This document shows, piece after piece, positions 21,378-32,930 of a stretch of DNA of 64,000 nucleotides. The notes under the pieces are model-generated. The model was not told where the DNA came from. It worked only from the letters and a program-made list of their open reading frames with translations, and ran no database searches. A program made the position numbers and the translations under genes. Position 1 is the first letter of the stretch. Every line of letters begins with the position of its first letter. Origin of the DNA: an uncultured Gemmatimonadales bacterium (lineage in GTDB: Bacteria > Gemmatimonadota > Gemmatimonadetes > Longimicrobiales > Gaopeijiaceae); contig CAWGKG010000014.1 of NCBI GenBank assembly GCA_963823035.1, positions 32,001 to 96,000 of the forward strand, given 5' to 3'.

Positions 21378-23128
21378 GGCGCTTCCCCGGAGGTGGGGCG
21401 CAGGTCCAGGATACGCGCCTGCGGGCGTGCGACGCCGCGCCATTCGTTGCGCTCGAGCTTGAGGAGGACGTCGTGCAAGCCGGTGTTCAGCGCCGCCACC
21501 GGGTGGCGATCCGCAAGCCCGAAGCCGATCCCGTCGAGGGCGCCCGTGCCCGCGTGGATGGACACCTTGAGGTGGGTGTCCTTGAGCACGCGGGCCCGGT
21601 CCAGGCGCACGCCGCGGGCGAGGAAGACCGGGCGCGCGTTGCCGATGCCGTGCGGGCCCAGGTAGTCGAGCCAGTGCAGGAGCCCGAGGTCCACCTCGGC
21701 GAGGTCGATCTCGAGGTCGGCGCGCAGCACGGGCTGGAGGTCGTCGGGGAGGAGCCTGCCGCGGGCCTCGGCGTTGAAGGCCCGCCGTAGCGCGGGCACG
21801 GAGGCGCGCGCCACGTCCATCCCGGCGGCCTGGCTGTGGCCGCCGAAGCGCCCCATGTGCTCCCGGCACGCGGCGAGCGCGTCGTAGAGGTGGAAGCCCG
21901 GGATCGAGCGGGCGCTCCCGCGCCCCTTCTCCCCGTCGAGCGCCACGAGCACGGTCGGGCGATGGATGCGCTCGACGACACGGGACGCCACGATCCCGAT
22001 CACGCCGGGGTGCCACCCCTCGGCGGCGAGCACCACGCCGTAGTCCCGATCCGCGTCGTAGTCGCGCTCGAGCAGCTCGAGCGCCTCGCCGAGCGTGCGC
22101 CGGTCCTCATCCTGGCGGGCGCGGTTGATCGCGTCGAGCTGGCCGGCCAGTCTGGCGGCCTCGTCCGGGTCGTCGGTGAGCAGAAGGCGGAGCGCGTCGG
22201 CCGACTCCCCGATCCGTCCGGCCGCGTTGATGCGCGGCGCGACCACGAAGCCGAGTTGCCCCGCGGTGACGGAGCCCGCGTCGACCGCCGCCGCCTCGAG
22301 GAGCGCGCGCACCCCCGTGACGCTGGAGTGCGCGAAGCGGCGCAGGCCGAACTTCACCAGCACACGGTTCTCGCCGCGGAGGGGGACCAGGTCCGCCACG
22401 GTCGCGAGCGCGACCAGATCGAGCAGGGCGTGCACTTCGTCGGCATCGGCGCCGAGCGCGCGAGCCACCAGCTCGGCGAGCTTGAAGGCGAGCGCCGTCC
22501 CGCACAGCCCCTTATCGGGGTACGCGCACTCCGGGCGATGGGGGTTCACGAACGCGAGGGCCGGAGGTGGTGTGGGGCCCACGGTGTGATGGTCCGTGAC
22601 GATGACGTCGATCCCCAGGTCGCGCGCGCGGGCGAGCGGCTCGTGCGCGACCGTGCCGCAGTCGGCCGTGACGATCAGGGACGCGCGGGCGTCGAGGGCG
22701 GCCCGCAGCCCCGCCTCCGAGAGGTCGTAGCCGTCGCGCAAGCGGTGCGGAACGAACGGCGTGACGTGGGCCCCGCGCCCCCGCAGGAAGCGGGTCAGCA
22801 GCGCGGTCGCGCAGATGCCGTCGACGTCGTAGTCGCCGTGCACGAGGATCGACTCCCCTTCACGCACGGCGCGCGCCACGCGCTCCGCGGCGGCCGGTCC
22901 ATCGGCCAGGAGCGCGGGGTCGTGCAGGTGGGTCAGGAGGGGTCGGAGGAAGCGCTTCGCGGACTCCGGGTCCGCGTGGCCGCGGCCGGCCAGCACCGCG
23001 CAGACGGCGGCGGGAAGGCGCAGCGCCTCCGTGAGCGCCGCGACCACGGCCGTGTCGTGCCGCGGCGGCGCCTCCCAGCGGGGTCGCAGGGGCGTCAGGG
23101 CGGAGGGAGATCCTCCCGCGGCCCTCAC
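21374..23128 (-). CDS. recJ: Single-stranded-DNA-specific exonuclease RecJ
   Basis: HGDYDVDG, DCG, VTDHH, ATVADLVPL, PRINAAGR, GSARS and GGH motifs. Confidence 0.96.
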   Translation of the reverse strand: MRAAGGSPSALTPLRPRWEAPPRHDTAVVAALTEALRLPAAVCAVLAGRGHADPESAKRFLRPLLTHLHDPALLADGPAAAERVARAVREGESILVHGDYDVDGICATALLTRFLRGRGAHVTPFVPHRLRDGYDLSEAGLRAALDARASLIVTADCGTVAHEPLARARDLGIDVIVTDHHTVGPTPPPALAFVNPHRPECAYPDKGLCGTALAFKLAELVARALGADADEVHALLDLVALATVADLVPLRGENRVLVKFGLRRFAHSSVTGVRALLEAAAVDAGSVTAGQLGFVVAPRINAAGRIGESADALRLLLTDDPDEAARLAGQLDAINRARQDEDRRTLGEALELLERDYDADRDYGVVLAAEGWHPGVIGIVASRVVERIHRPTVLVALDGEKGRGSARSIPGFHLYDALAACREHMGRFGGHSQAAGMDVARASVPALRRAFNAEARGRLLPDDLQPVLRADLEIDLAEVDLGLLHWLDYLGPHGIGNARPVFLARGVRLDRARVLKDTHLKVSIHAGTGALDGIGFGLADRHPVAALNTGLHDVLLKLERNEWRGVARPQARILDLRPTSGEAP

Positions 23129-23871
23129 CCTTCCTCGGGTGCCTCCCCGGGCGCGTCCGGCTCGGAGGGGGCGGCCAGGATCACGCCACAAGCCTCACAG
23201 CGGATCAGCGACGTGCCGTGTCGCACCTCGTTCTGCACCTGGAGCGGGACCATCCCGTAGCAGTGGCCGCACGCGCCGTCATGCGTCAGCTCGGCCACCG
23301 CGCGCCGCCGGCCACCGGACCGGATGCCGTCGTAGAGGCGCACTTCCTTCGGGTCCATCTCCTGGACGAAGCGCTCCCGCTCGTCCGCCAGACCCTGCAG
23401 GTTCGCCTTCGCCGCGTCGCGCTCGGTGACGAGGTCCTTCATGCGGGGCTCGACCACCCCCTGCGCTTCCTTGTAGGCGGCCTCCAGCTCCTCCATCCGC
23501 TCGTCCAGCTTGCGGATCTGGTCGATGAGCGTGTAAGCCTCCTGCTCGTCGCTCTGCAGCGCCCGGCGCACCATGTCGAGCTCCGCGCTGACCGCGGCCT
23601 CCTCACGGAGGTTGCGTACCGATCCCAGGCGGTCCTCGAGGCGCTTGACCCGCGCGCGCTTCTCTTCCGAGGAGGTCTCGAGCTTGCGTTCCTCGAGCTT
23701 CATCTCCTGGAGGCGCTTGCGCGTGTTGCCCACCTCGCCCTCGAGGACCAGGGCCGGCTCCTCCACCTCCGCGAAGAGCGGGTCGAAATCGCGGATGCGC
23801 TGGCGTGCGTCCTCGATCCGGTTGTCGAGTGCCTGAAGCTCCTTGAGTGCCGTACGGGTCTGCTCCGTCAT
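23125..23871 (-). CDS. Coiled-coil protein with C4 zinc ribbon (CT398/HP0958-like)
   Basis: LQALD start, long coiled coil, CGHC...CEACG at the C-terminus. Confidence 0.88.
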   Translation of the reverse strand: MTEQTRTALKELQALDNRIEDARQRIRDFDPLFAEVEEPALVLEGEVGNTRKRLQEMKLEERKLETSSEEKRARVKRLEDRLGSVRNLREEAAVSAELDMVRRALQSDEQEAYTLIDQIRKLDERMEELEAAYKEAQGVVEPRMKDLVTERDAAKANLQGLADERERFVQEMDPKEVRLYDGIRSGGRRRAVAELTHDGACGHCYGMVPLQVQNEVRHGTSLIRCEACGVILAAPSEPDAPGEAPEEG

Positions 23872-25683
23872 CGGTCCTGCTGGTTCGGGTTCGGGTCCGC
23901 CCAGCGGCGCTGGGCCGTGGCCTTCCAGTACTCCGGGTCGATGGCCCGAAGCTCTCGCGACAGCCGTTGCTTCTCCACCACGAGCGGCGCCTTCTCGTCG
24001 TCGGTCCCCGCAGCGACGATACGCTGGTGGATCTCCAGCATACGCCGATCGAGGGTGACGGCCCGGATCCGGTTCAGCGCGGCGGTGAACTCCTCCCGCG
24101 CCCGGGCCGTGTCGAACGAGGTACCGAGCAACTCCTCGAGCCGTTGCCGCGAAACCAGGTCCATGCCTGGCGGCGGGCTGCGCAACTCAGGGTCTTCCAG
24201 AAGCGCCTCAAAGATGGCGCGGTAACTGGAATCGTCAAAGTCCGAGGGCGAAAGCCACTCCGCCGCCGAGTCCACGTAGGTCGGGTTCCGGATCATGAGG
24301 AGGAGCAGCGTACGCTCCGAGCTCATCTTGGGGACGAGGGGCGCGGCACGCACGGGCGGCGGGGCCTCCGCGCGTGGACGGGCCGGCCCCGAGGGTGCCT
24401 TGCGAAGCTCCGCCTCGAGCGTCTCCCGGCGCACGCCGGTCCGGTCGGAGACCTTCTTCACGTAGATGTCGCGCAGCGCCGGATCGGTCGTCGCTCGCAC
24501 GGTCGACAGCAGCCGGTCCACGGCCTCGCGCGTGCGTTCGATGCTCGAGAAGAAGTTCCGTTCCTCCAGGATCTGCAGCTTGCGGTCCAGGACGTCGACG
24601 GCGTCGTCGAGGTACCCCTTCAGGGCGCCCGCGCCTTCACCCCGCACGACGGTATCCGGGTCCTCGCCCGGGGGCATCGTCACCACGGCCGGATGCAGTC
24701 CCTCCTCGAGCAGGAGGTCGCCCGCCTTGAACGTGGCCCGGAGCCCGGCGCTGTCGCTGTCGAAGAGGAGGAGGATCCGCTGCGCGTACTTCCCCATGCA
24801 GCTTCGCCTGCTCCGGGGTGAGCGCCGTACCCAACGGCGCCACCACGTTCTCGAAGCCGTGCGCGGCGAGTGACACCACGTCCATGTAGCCCTCCACCAC
24901 GAGCGTGCTCTCCTCGCGGCGGATGGCGTGCCGTGCCCACGACAGCCCGTAGAGCATCTTGCCCTTGTGGTAGATCGGCGACTCGGGGGAGTTGAGGTAC
25001 TTCGCGCCGCCCTTGCCCCCGCTCTCGATGACGCGGCCGCCGAAGGCGACCACCTTCCCGGAGAGCGCCTCGATCGGGAAGATGATCCGCCCGCGGAAGC
25101 GATCGTACGGCTCGGTGGAGCGCTCGCTCGTGGCCAGGAGCCCGACCTCGAGCATGTGTCGCTCGTCGTATCCCGTGTTCACCGCCGCGTCACGCAGCGC
25201 CCGCCACTCGTCGGGGGCCCACCCCAGTCCGAAGCGCTCGGCGATCTCCGCCGTGATCCCGCGGCCCTTCAGGTACGCCTGCGCCGCCGAGCCCGTGGCC
25301 GGATCCAGGAGGCGCTCCCGGAACCACTTCTTCGCGAAGGCGTTCAGCTCGTAGAGCGGCCGAAGCGGGTCCTCCTCCTCGCTCTGGCGAGACACCTCCT
25401 GGACCGCGATCCCCGAGCGGGCGGCCACGTGCTTCACGGCCTCCACGAAGTCGAGCCCGAGCTTCTCCATCACGAACGAGAAGACGTCCCCGGACTTGTG
25501 GCAGCCGAAGCAGGTGTAGAAGCCCTTGTCGGGGACGACGTAGAAGGAGGGCGTCCGTTCCTCGTGGAAGGGGCAGTTCGCCTTGTACTCGCGGCCCGCC
25601 TTCTTCAGCTGGACGAACTCCCCGATCACGTCGACGATGTCGGCGCGCGCCCGGACCTCCTCGACCTGATCGTCGGGGATCAT
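23868..25683 (-). CDS. dnaG: DNA primase (frameshift ~24797)
   Basis: CPFHEERTPSF..CFGC zinc finger, DRFRGRIIFPI, KYLNSPE, VEGYMDV and FDSDSAG motifs. Confidence 0.96.
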
Positions 25684-28069
25684 CGCAGCGTCACCACCGT
25701 CACGCCGGCTCCGCCCTCCTCGGGCGTGCCCATGCGGAACGACGTGACGCGTCCGTCGCCTCCCAGCAGCTCGCCCACCCGCTGACGGAGCGCGCCCGTC
25801 CCCTTGCCGTGGATGATGCGCAGCTCGGACAGGTCCTCGAGGACGGCCTGGTCGAGCGCCCGGAGCAGCTCGGCATCGAGCTCGTCGACACGGAGTCCGC
25901 GCAGGTCCACCTCCGTGCGCACCTGCCCCCCGGTCGGGCCGCTCCATCCGCCCGCGCTCCGGCGACGCGCGGCCTCGTCGGCGGCGCCGCCGCCCTCCAC
26001 GGGCTCCAGGTCGGCGAGCGGCATCTCGAGGCGCACCGCGCCCACCTCCACCAGCGCCCGGCCGTCGCGCAGCTCGACGATCCGCCCCTTCGCGCCGGTG
26101 GCGTGCACGCGCACGCGCTCGCCCTCGCGCGAGTTCGGTGGACGGACCCGTCCGGGCTGCTCCGTCGCGCGTGCCCGCGCCTTCCGCGCGCTCCGCGTCG
26201 CGGCCTCTTCGACACGGCGGCGGGCGCGCGTCGCCGCCTCCTCCAGCTCGGCCTGCGCCCTCCGCGGCGGAGCGCACCTCGGCGATCGCCTCCTCGACCT
26301 CGGAGCGCGCCTCCAGGAGCACGCGACGCGCCTCCTCGCGAGCGCGCTGGTCGGCGGTGCGCTCGGCCTCGCGCACCTTGCGCTCGCGCGCCTCCACCTC
26401 GTCGCGCAGGCGCTCGGCGCGTGCCTGCGTCCGTCTCCAGCTCGTCCAGGCGCGTCTCGGCCTCGCGCTCGCGGCGCTCCAGGCGTGCGAGCAGCTCCTC
26501 CATGCGTACCTCGTCCCCCTCGCGGTAGCTCTCCGCGCGGTCCAGCACCTCGCCGGGAAGCCCAGCCGGCGCGCGATGGCCAGCCCGTAGCTGCGGCCCG
26601 GGCGGCCCTTGATCAGCTGGTAGGTGGGCTCCATCCGGTCGGGATCGAACTGGAGCGAGGCGTTGACGATCCCGCTGCCCTCCCCGTCGAGGCGTTTCAG
26701 CTCACCCAGGTGGGAGGAGACGACCGTGAACGCGCCGCGCTCGACCAACACCTCGAGCACGGCCCGGGAGAGCGCGGCCCCTTCCGCCGGATCCGTGCCG
26801 GTGCCCATCTCGTCGATGAGCACGAGCGAGGTCGCGTCGGCGCCCTCGACCAGATCCTTCAGGTTGGCGAGGTGCGCCGAGAAGGTGGACAGGCTCTGGG
26901 CGATGGACTGCTCGTCGCCGATGTCGGCGAAGAAGGAGCCGAAGACGGGCAGCGTCGTTCCCGGTCCGACCGGCGGGACGATGCCGCTCTGCGCCATCGC
27001 GGACACGAGGCCGGTCGCCTTCAGGAAGACGCTCTTGCCGCCGGTGTTCGGGCCCCGACACCACGATCGCCCGCTCCCCTGCCAGCACCTCCAGATCGTA
27101 CGGCACGATCGGGCGGTCCAGCGTGTCCAGGAGGAGGGGATGGCGCGCCTGCACCAGGCGGAACGCCGGCGCGCCCGCCTCCGCGATCTCCGGGACCGAG
27201 GCACGCCACTCGAGCGCGGCGCGCGCACGCGCGTGCAGCGCGTCGAAGTCGACGAGCGCGTCGAGCGCCCCCGCCAGCGCGTCCCGCAACGGCGCGAGGC
27301 GGGCGGTCAGCTCGCCGAGGATGCGGCGGATCTCGCGGTTCTCGTCGCGCTCCAGGTCGCGGAGCTGGTTCATCAGCTCGATGGCGATCGGCGGCTCCAC
27401 GAAGATCGTCGCGCCCGTGCCCGACTCGTCGTGCACGATGCCGCCCACCTCCCCCTTCCCCTCCCTGCGGAGCGGGATGACGTAGCGTCCCTCCCGGATC
27501 GTCACCGAGGCGTCCGCCACCACGAAGCGCTCGGGGAGCGTGCGCATGTACGACTCGAGCTGCTTGACCACCCGAGCGTGCGCGCCGCGCAAGCGATCGC
27601 GGATCCGCTTCAGCTCGCGCGATGCCGTGTCCAGCACCTCCCCCTCGGCGTCGACCGCCCGCTCCAGGGCCTCCTGCGTCGGCGCGGTCCTCGATCAGCC
27701 GCTCGCGCACGCCGGCGAGCTCGGGGTAGCGTCGCTTCCCGGCCGTCGAGCTCCCCGGCAAGCACGCGCGAGGAGGCGAGCAGGACGGCCATCGCCATAC
27801 AGCTCCACCGGCTCCAGCACCGCGCCTTCCGCCGTGAGCCCCCGCAGGGGCCGGCGCACGTCGGGCACGGCCGGCATCCCCCACCCCGGCTTCTCCTCGG
27901 CGAAGCGCATCGTCGCACCGACGCGCGCGAGCTCTCGACGGATCGACGCCGCGTCGTCGGACGGCGCCAGCGCCCGGATGCGCTCTCCCGCCAACGCGCT
28001 GCCCGTGCGCTTCGCGACGCGCTCCAGGACCCGTGCGAACTCGAGGACCTCCAGGGCGTGCCGGCTCAA
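25680..28069 (-). CDS. mutS2: Endonuclease MutS2 (at least five frameshifts)
   Basis: LEVLEF N-terminus, GIVHDESGTGATIFVEP, GPNTGGKS, DIGDEQSIAQSLSTFS, DEMGTGTDPAEG; Smr domain DLRG..IIHGKGTGALR..GGAGVT. Confidence 0.93.
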
Positions 28070-28079
28070 CGCACCTCCC

Positions 28080-28520
28080 TCACGAGGCCATCTCCTCCCG
28101 GACGATCCGGTTCGCCTCCTTCCCGTCGAAGCGCCCACGGATGCGCGGCATCAGCTCGCTCATCACCTGACCCATCTGCTCGGCGCCACCTTCCAGGATC
28201 GCGCGTACGATGTCGCGGACCTCGTCCTCGGACATCGCGGCCGGGAGGTACTCCTGCAGGACGTCGGCCTGCGCCTCCTCCTTGACCGCGAGGTCCTCGC
28301 GGCCGCCGCCGCGCATCTGCTCGGCCGAATCCTTGCGCTGCTTGATCGCCTTGGCGAGGACCTGCACCGCACCCGCATCGTCCAGCGCACCCCCTGTCTC
28401 GATCTCCTTGTTGCGGAGATCCGCGAGGATGGTGGAGAGCACGAGCGTCCGCTCCTTGTCGCGCTGCTTGCGCGCCGCATTGAGATCGGCCTGGATGCGT
28501 CCCTTCAGGTCGCTGGACAT
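28080..28520 (-). CDS. GatB/YqeY domain protein
   Basis: LKGRIQADLNAARK, KQRKDSAEQM, YLP and MGQVM motifs. Confidence 0.9.
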   Translation of the reverse strand: MSSDLKGRIQADLNAARKQRDKERTLVLSTILADLRNKEIETGGALDDAGAVQVLAKAIKQRKDSAEQMRGGGREDLAVKEEAQADVLQEYLPAAMSEDEVRDIVRAILEGGAEQMGQVMSELMPRIRGRFDGKEANRIVREEMAS

Positions 28521-28624
28521 GTCCGCCGGCGGTTGGCACATCCTCCGGAAGAGCTCCCGGTGGACGGCGGATGCACGGGGGTACGATGGCGCCCTGGACG
28601 GGCGCGCGAAGACGGGAGCGCCCG

Positions 28625-28654
28625 AAGCTACCCCGACCCGGCGGAAAGGGTCAA
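28625..28654 (-). promoter_or_regulatory. Putative sigma70 promoter upstream of the yqeY-mutS2-dnaG operon
   Basis: Minus strand TTGACC-N18-TAGCTT. Confidence 0.55.
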
Positions 28655-28700
28655 CGCGGAGCCGGCGCCCGGGCGGCGGCGTTCCCCGGTCCCACGCGGC

Positions 28701-29051
28701 TCAGCCGGGAGGCCACCCGAGCGAGCGGCCGCCCAGGAGGTGGACGTGCAGGTGGTGCACCGTCTGGCCGCCGTCGGCCCCGACGTTGACCACCGTTCGG
28801 TAGCCGTCTTCGGCCATCCCCTCGGAGCGCGCGAGGTCGCGGGCCGCGAGGAGGAGGTCGCCGAGGAGCGCGCGGTGCTCGCCGTCGGCCGCGTCGAGGG
28901 AGGCGATGTGCTCGCGTGGGATGAGGAGGATGTGGGTGGGGGCCTGCGGGTTGATGTCCCGGAAGGCGACGATGCGGTCGTCCTGATGGACCAGTGCGGC
29001 CGGGATCTCGCCGCCGGCGATCTTGCAGAAGAGGCAGTCGGACGGGCTCAA
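28701..29051 (-). CDS. Histidine triad (HIT) nucleotide-binding protein
   Basis: CLFCKI, AFRDINPQAPTHIL and GQTVHHLHVHLLGG motifs. Confidence 0.95.
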   Translation of the reverse strand: MSPSDCLFCKIAGGEIPAALVHQDDRIVAFRDINPQAPTHILLIPREHIASLDAADGEHRALLGDLLLAARDLARSEGMAEDGYRTVVNVGADGGQTVHHLHVHLLGGRSLGWPPG

Positions 29052-29158
29052 GGAGGCGGCCTCCGGGGTGTCGGGGGTGCTGGTGTCGGGTGTCGGGGGA
29101 GGGTCGCGCGAGGCGCGAGGCGGCGCGCTACGCGCGGCCGGTGCTTCCCTCCCACCCG

Positions 29159-29187
29159 ATCATGATGGAGGGTGGGAGCAAGGTCAA
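29159..29187 (-). promoter_or_regulatory. Putative sigma70 promoter upstream of the HIT gene
   Basis: Minus strand TTGACC-N17-CATGAT. Confidence 0.45.
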
Positions 29188-29318
29188 TGCGCCCCCGGGA
29201 CGCCCGACGTCCCACCCTCGGAACTCGCCGTCCCGCCAGGCCATGGATTCGTCTCGGGCCCCGGAGCACGTTCCCCATCCGGCTCCCGCGAGCCCGTTCT
29301 CGATCCAAAGGAGGTCCG

Positions 29319-29756
29319 ATGGATGCCCTCGTCCTCTCCGCGGAGATGATCCTGCGCAGTCAAGTCGCACCCGCGCTTCGCCTCACCGACCTCCTGGAGC
29401 GTGTCCGTGCGGACACGGGCGTGCGGAACCTCGACGCGGAGCGCCTCCGGGCGGCGCTGGAGCTGCGTCCCGATCGCGTCCGCCTGCTCGACCCCTGGCG
29501 GGGCCCGTGGCGCTTCGTCCGCAGCGGGGCTGCGCCCCCGCGGGTCGGGGAGCCGTGGGTCGTGGTCGTCGGCGATCCCGGGGACCAGGGCGCCGCGCCG
29601 GATGGCCGCCCGAGCGTGGCACGTCGTCTGAGCGCGTCGGTGCGGTGGCTGGGGATGAGCGTCGATGCGCGCTCGGGACGGGCGCTGACCCGATGGCACC
29701 GGATGGTGGTCGCGGAGAGCGCCGCGCGGGACGTCCTCGCGAAGAAGGCCGCCTGA
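29319..29756 (+). CDS. Hypothetical protein (145 aa)
   Basis: AAAGGAGG RBS 5 nt before the ATG at 29319; fills the gap between HIT and prmA; protein-like composition. Confidence 0.65.
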   Translation: MDALVLSAEMILRSQVAPALRLTDLLERVRADTGVRNLDAERLRAALELRPDRVRLLDPWRGPWRFVRSGAAPPRVGEPWVVVVGDPGDQGAAPDGRPSVARRLSASVRWLGMSVDARSGRALTRWHRMVVAESAARDVLAKKAA

Positions 29757-29766
29757 CGTGTGGCGC

Positions 29767-30648
29767 CTATCCGCCCCCGCGCACGAACCACCCGGACCGC
29801 CAGTCGCCGTCCTCGTCCACGGCCTCGAGCGCGAAGCCGGAGACCGTGACGCGCGCGGCGAAAGCGTCCCACTCCTCGGCGGGGATCCCGGAGAGGATGA
29901 GCCATCCACCGGGACGGAGCGAGGCCGCAAACCCCTCCAGGAGCGGACCGAGGACGCCGGTCTCGATGTTGGCCACCACACCGTCGCGTGGGCCGAGGGA
30001 CGCGAGGAGCGACGGGTCCGCCCAACGCGTGCTCCAACGGACGCGATCGGCCACACCGTTCCGCTCGACGTTCTCGGCCAGCGCCTCCTCGGCGAGGTCG
30101 TCGCCCTCGAGCGCCAGGACCTCCGCGGCTCCGAGGGCGGCCGCCGCGATCGAGAGGATCCCGGAGCCGGCACCGACGTCCAGGACGCGCTCGCCGGGTC
30201 GGACCGTGCGATCGAGGAGCCGCAGGCATCCGCGCGTCGTGCCATGCTCGGCGGTCCCGAACGCCATCCCGGGGTCCACGACGACGACGTGCTCGCCCGG
30301 GCCGGGCTCCACCGGATGCCAGCTGGTCGTGACCCACAGCCGGTTCGTGATCCGCCGGGGCTCGAGCCCGCGCTTCCACGTCTCCGCCCAGTCCTCGTGG
30401 TCGATCCAGCGCGTGCGCAACTCCACCTCGCCGAGGGCCGGAAACCCGTCGAACCAGGCACGGGCGCCGGCGACGAATCCATCCGGGTCCGCGGGCTCCT
30501 CGAAGTGGGAGACGTACCAGCCGCCTTCCTCCTCGGCAACCGCCCGCCCACCCAACGCGACGAGTCCCTCGGCGAGGAGGGCCTCGGGCTCTCCCGCGGA
30601 GGGGCTCCGAACGGCGAACTCCATCCACCGACGAGGGGACTCGCTCAT
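29767..30648 (-). CDS. prmA: Ribosomal protein L11 methyltransferase
   Basis: EDWAETWK, DPGMAFGTAEHGTT, LDVGAGSGILSI and LILSGI motifs. Confidence 0.94.
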   Translation of the reverse strand: MSESPRRWMEFAVRSPSAGEPEALLAEGLVALGGRAVAEEEGGWYVSHFEEPADPDGFVAGARAWFDGFPALGEVELRTRWIDHEDWAETWKRGLEPRRITNRLWVTTSWHPVEPGPGEHVVVVDPGMAFGTAEHGTTRGCLRLLDRTVRPGERVLDVGAGSGILSIAAAALGAAEVLALEGDDLAEEALAENVERNGVADRVRWSTRWADPSLLASLGPRDGVVANIETGVLGPLLEGFAASLRPGGWLILSGIPAEEWDAFAARVTVSGFALEAVDEDGDWRSGWFVRGGG

Positions 30649-31806
30649 CCTCCGGTGATCGCCTCCTTCACGCGCGACCAGAAGCCCTTCTGCGTCTTGC
30701 GGCCGACCTTCTCCGGCGCCGGCGACTCGACCTCCCGGAGCCGACGGAGGATCTCCTCCTGCTCGGCGCTGAGGTCGTCCGGCGTCCACACCACGACGCG
30801 AATCAGCTCGTCACCCCGTCCGTGTCCGTTGAGGTCGGGCAGGCCGAGACCGCGAAGGCGGAGCATCTCGCCGCTCTGGATGCCGGCCGGAATGGTCACC
30901 TTGGCGCTGCCGTCGACCGTGGGGACCTCGACCTCCGCCCCCAGCGCCGCCTGCCCGAAGGTCACCGGATGCTCGTGGACCAGATCCGAGCCGTCGCGTA
31001 CGAAGCGAGCGGTCTTCCTGCACCTCGAGGAGCACGACCAGGTCCCCGCGCGGACCACCCCGGGGGCCCACGCTCCCCTGCCCGCGGAGCGTCAGGAAGT
31101 TCTCCGACGTCACGCCGGCGGGCACCTCGACCTCGACCTCGCGCTCGCGGCGCACGCGGCCGTCGCCGCGGCACGTGCCGCACGGCTTCTCGATCACCCG
31201 CCCTTCGCCGCGGCAGGACCGGCACGGTTGGACGGACACGAACTGACCGAACACGGAGCGCTGGACGTGCCGCTCCTCCCCGGACCCGCCGCATACCTGG
31301 CACGGAGCGGGGCTCGATCCGGCCTCCGCGCCGCTGCCGCCGCAGGCGTCGCACGCGTCGAGGAGGGAGACGCGCAGCTTCCGCTTCGTGCCGTTCGCCA
31401 CGTCCTTCAGCGTGAGAGGGAGGCGGAGCCGCACGGTCTGGCCCTTCCGGCTGGCCGTGCGCTGCGGACGCGCCCCACGCATGCCGAACAGGTCTTCGAT
31501 GCCCGAGAAGCCCCCGAAGTCCCGCATGAAGACCTCGATGGCGTCGGCGAAGTCGAATTGGTGGAAGCCACCCGGACCGCCGCGGCCCTTGAGCCCCTGC
31601 TCCCCGTAGCGGTCGTAGACGGCCCGCTTCTCCGGGTCGCGGAGCACTTCGTAGGCTTCCGTCACCTCCTTGAACCGCTCCTCGGCTTCCTTCGAGCCGT
31701 TGTTGCGGTCCGGGTGGTATTTCAGCGCGAGCTGGCGATACGCCTTCTTGATCTCTTCGGTGTCCGCACTGCGTGCGACACCGAGCTCCTCGTAATAGTC
31801 CGCCAT
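30645..31806 (-). CDS. dnaJ: Chaperone DnaJ (frameshift ~31012)
   Basis: J-domain with HPD, G/F region, four CxxCxGxG repeats, C-terminal domain. Confidence 0.96.
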
Positions 31807-31823
31807 GGCAGGCTGGCCGATTT

Positions 31824-32897
31824 TCAGGTGGCGAAGAGGCGCGAGACCATCGACGACGTGTAGTCGACGATCGCCACCACCTTCTCGTAGGGCATGCGCG
31901 TGGGGCCGATGACGCCGATGACGCCCTTGAGGCTGCCCACGCGGTATTCGGCCGTCACCAGCGTGAAGTCCGCGAGCGCGAGCGAGACGTTCTCCCCGCC
32001 GATCGTGATCTGCAGCTGGCCACGGTGCTCGCGACTACCCACCGCATGGGCGAGAAGGTCCCTGCGCTCGGTGAGCTCGATCAGGCTCTTGAGCCGTTCC
32101 CCGCTCTCGAATTCGGGCTGGGAGGCCAGGACGCTGGCGCTGCCGAGGTGGATACGCGTGGTGTCCAGATCCTGCAGGCCGAAGAGCTCGGCGCCCGACT
32201 GCACGAAGACGTTGAGGAGCTCGGACGCTCCGCCCTCGCCGGCATACGTGTCTCGCAGCCGCTCCGGAAGCGTGCGCCGGATCTCCTGCAACGAGAGGCC
32301 GGCCAAGCGCTCGTTGAGCGCGACCGTGAGCGTCAGGAGCGTCTCCCGCGGGACCTCGACGGGGAGGTCGACATAGACCGTGCGCACCAACCCGCCGTGG
32401 ATCGTGGCCACGAGGAGCACCTTGTCCGACGACACCTGGATCAGCTCCAGCCGCTCCAGGATCGCGCTCTCCACGCGCGGCGCCAGGGCGACACCGAGCT
32501 CGTTGGAGATCAGGCTCAGCGCCCGTACGGCGTGGCGCACGAGGCGCTCCACCGCCGAGCCCCCGGCCACGTCCAGCTCCCTCGCGAGCTTGTCCTGCTC
32601 CGCGCTCGAGAGGGTGAACGGCTCCATGAGCCGGTCGACGAAGAACCGATAGGCGAGATCGGTGGGGACGCGTCCGGCGGAGGTGTGGGGGTGGGTGAGA
32701 TACCCCTTCTCCTCCAGGTCGCTCATGGTGTTGCGCACGGTCGCGGCGGACACGCCGAGCCCGAACCGACGGGACACCACCCGGCTGCCCGCGGGCTCCG
32801 CCGTGTCCACGTACGTGCGGATCACGGCTTCCAGCACCTGCCGCTCCCGGTCGGTGAGGTCACCGCCCACAAGCACGTGATTGTCCATTCCGGCCAT
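31824..32897 (-). CDS. hrcA: Heat-inducible transcriptional repressor HrcA
   Basis: [34 protein letters not shown] and [10 protein letters not shown] motifs. Confidence 0.96.
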   Translation of the reverse strand: MAGMDNHVLVGGDLTDRERQVLEAVIRTYVDTAEPAGSRVVSRRFGLGVSAATVRNTMSDLEEKGYLTHPHTSAGRVPTDLAYRFFVDRLMEPFTLSSAEQDKLARELDVAGGSAVERLVRHAVRALSLISNELGVALAPRVESAILERLELIQVSSDKVLLVATIHGGLVRTVYVDLPVEVPRETLLTLTVALNERLAGLSLQEIRRTLPERLRDTYAGEGGASELLNVFVQSGAELFGLQDLDTTRIHLGSASVLASQPEFESGERLKSLIELTERRDLLAHAVGSREHRGQLQITIGGENVSLALADFTLVTAEYRVGSLKGVIGVIGPTRMPYEKVVAIVDYTSSMVSRLFAT

Positions 32898-32930
32898 GCG
32901 TTCGAAGATCCTAGATTCTTCGGGACAGCG

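Noticed and set aside
24637..27228. 863-aa MutS2-DnaG fusion ORF
   Set aside because: The MutS2 Smr domain ends at TGA 25680 in another frame, overlapping the dnaG ATG; the fusion is a product of multiple indels.
28521..28700. Expected rpsU (S21) between HIT and yqeY
   Set aside because: No S21-like reading frame was found; the gap holds a promoter-like element instead.
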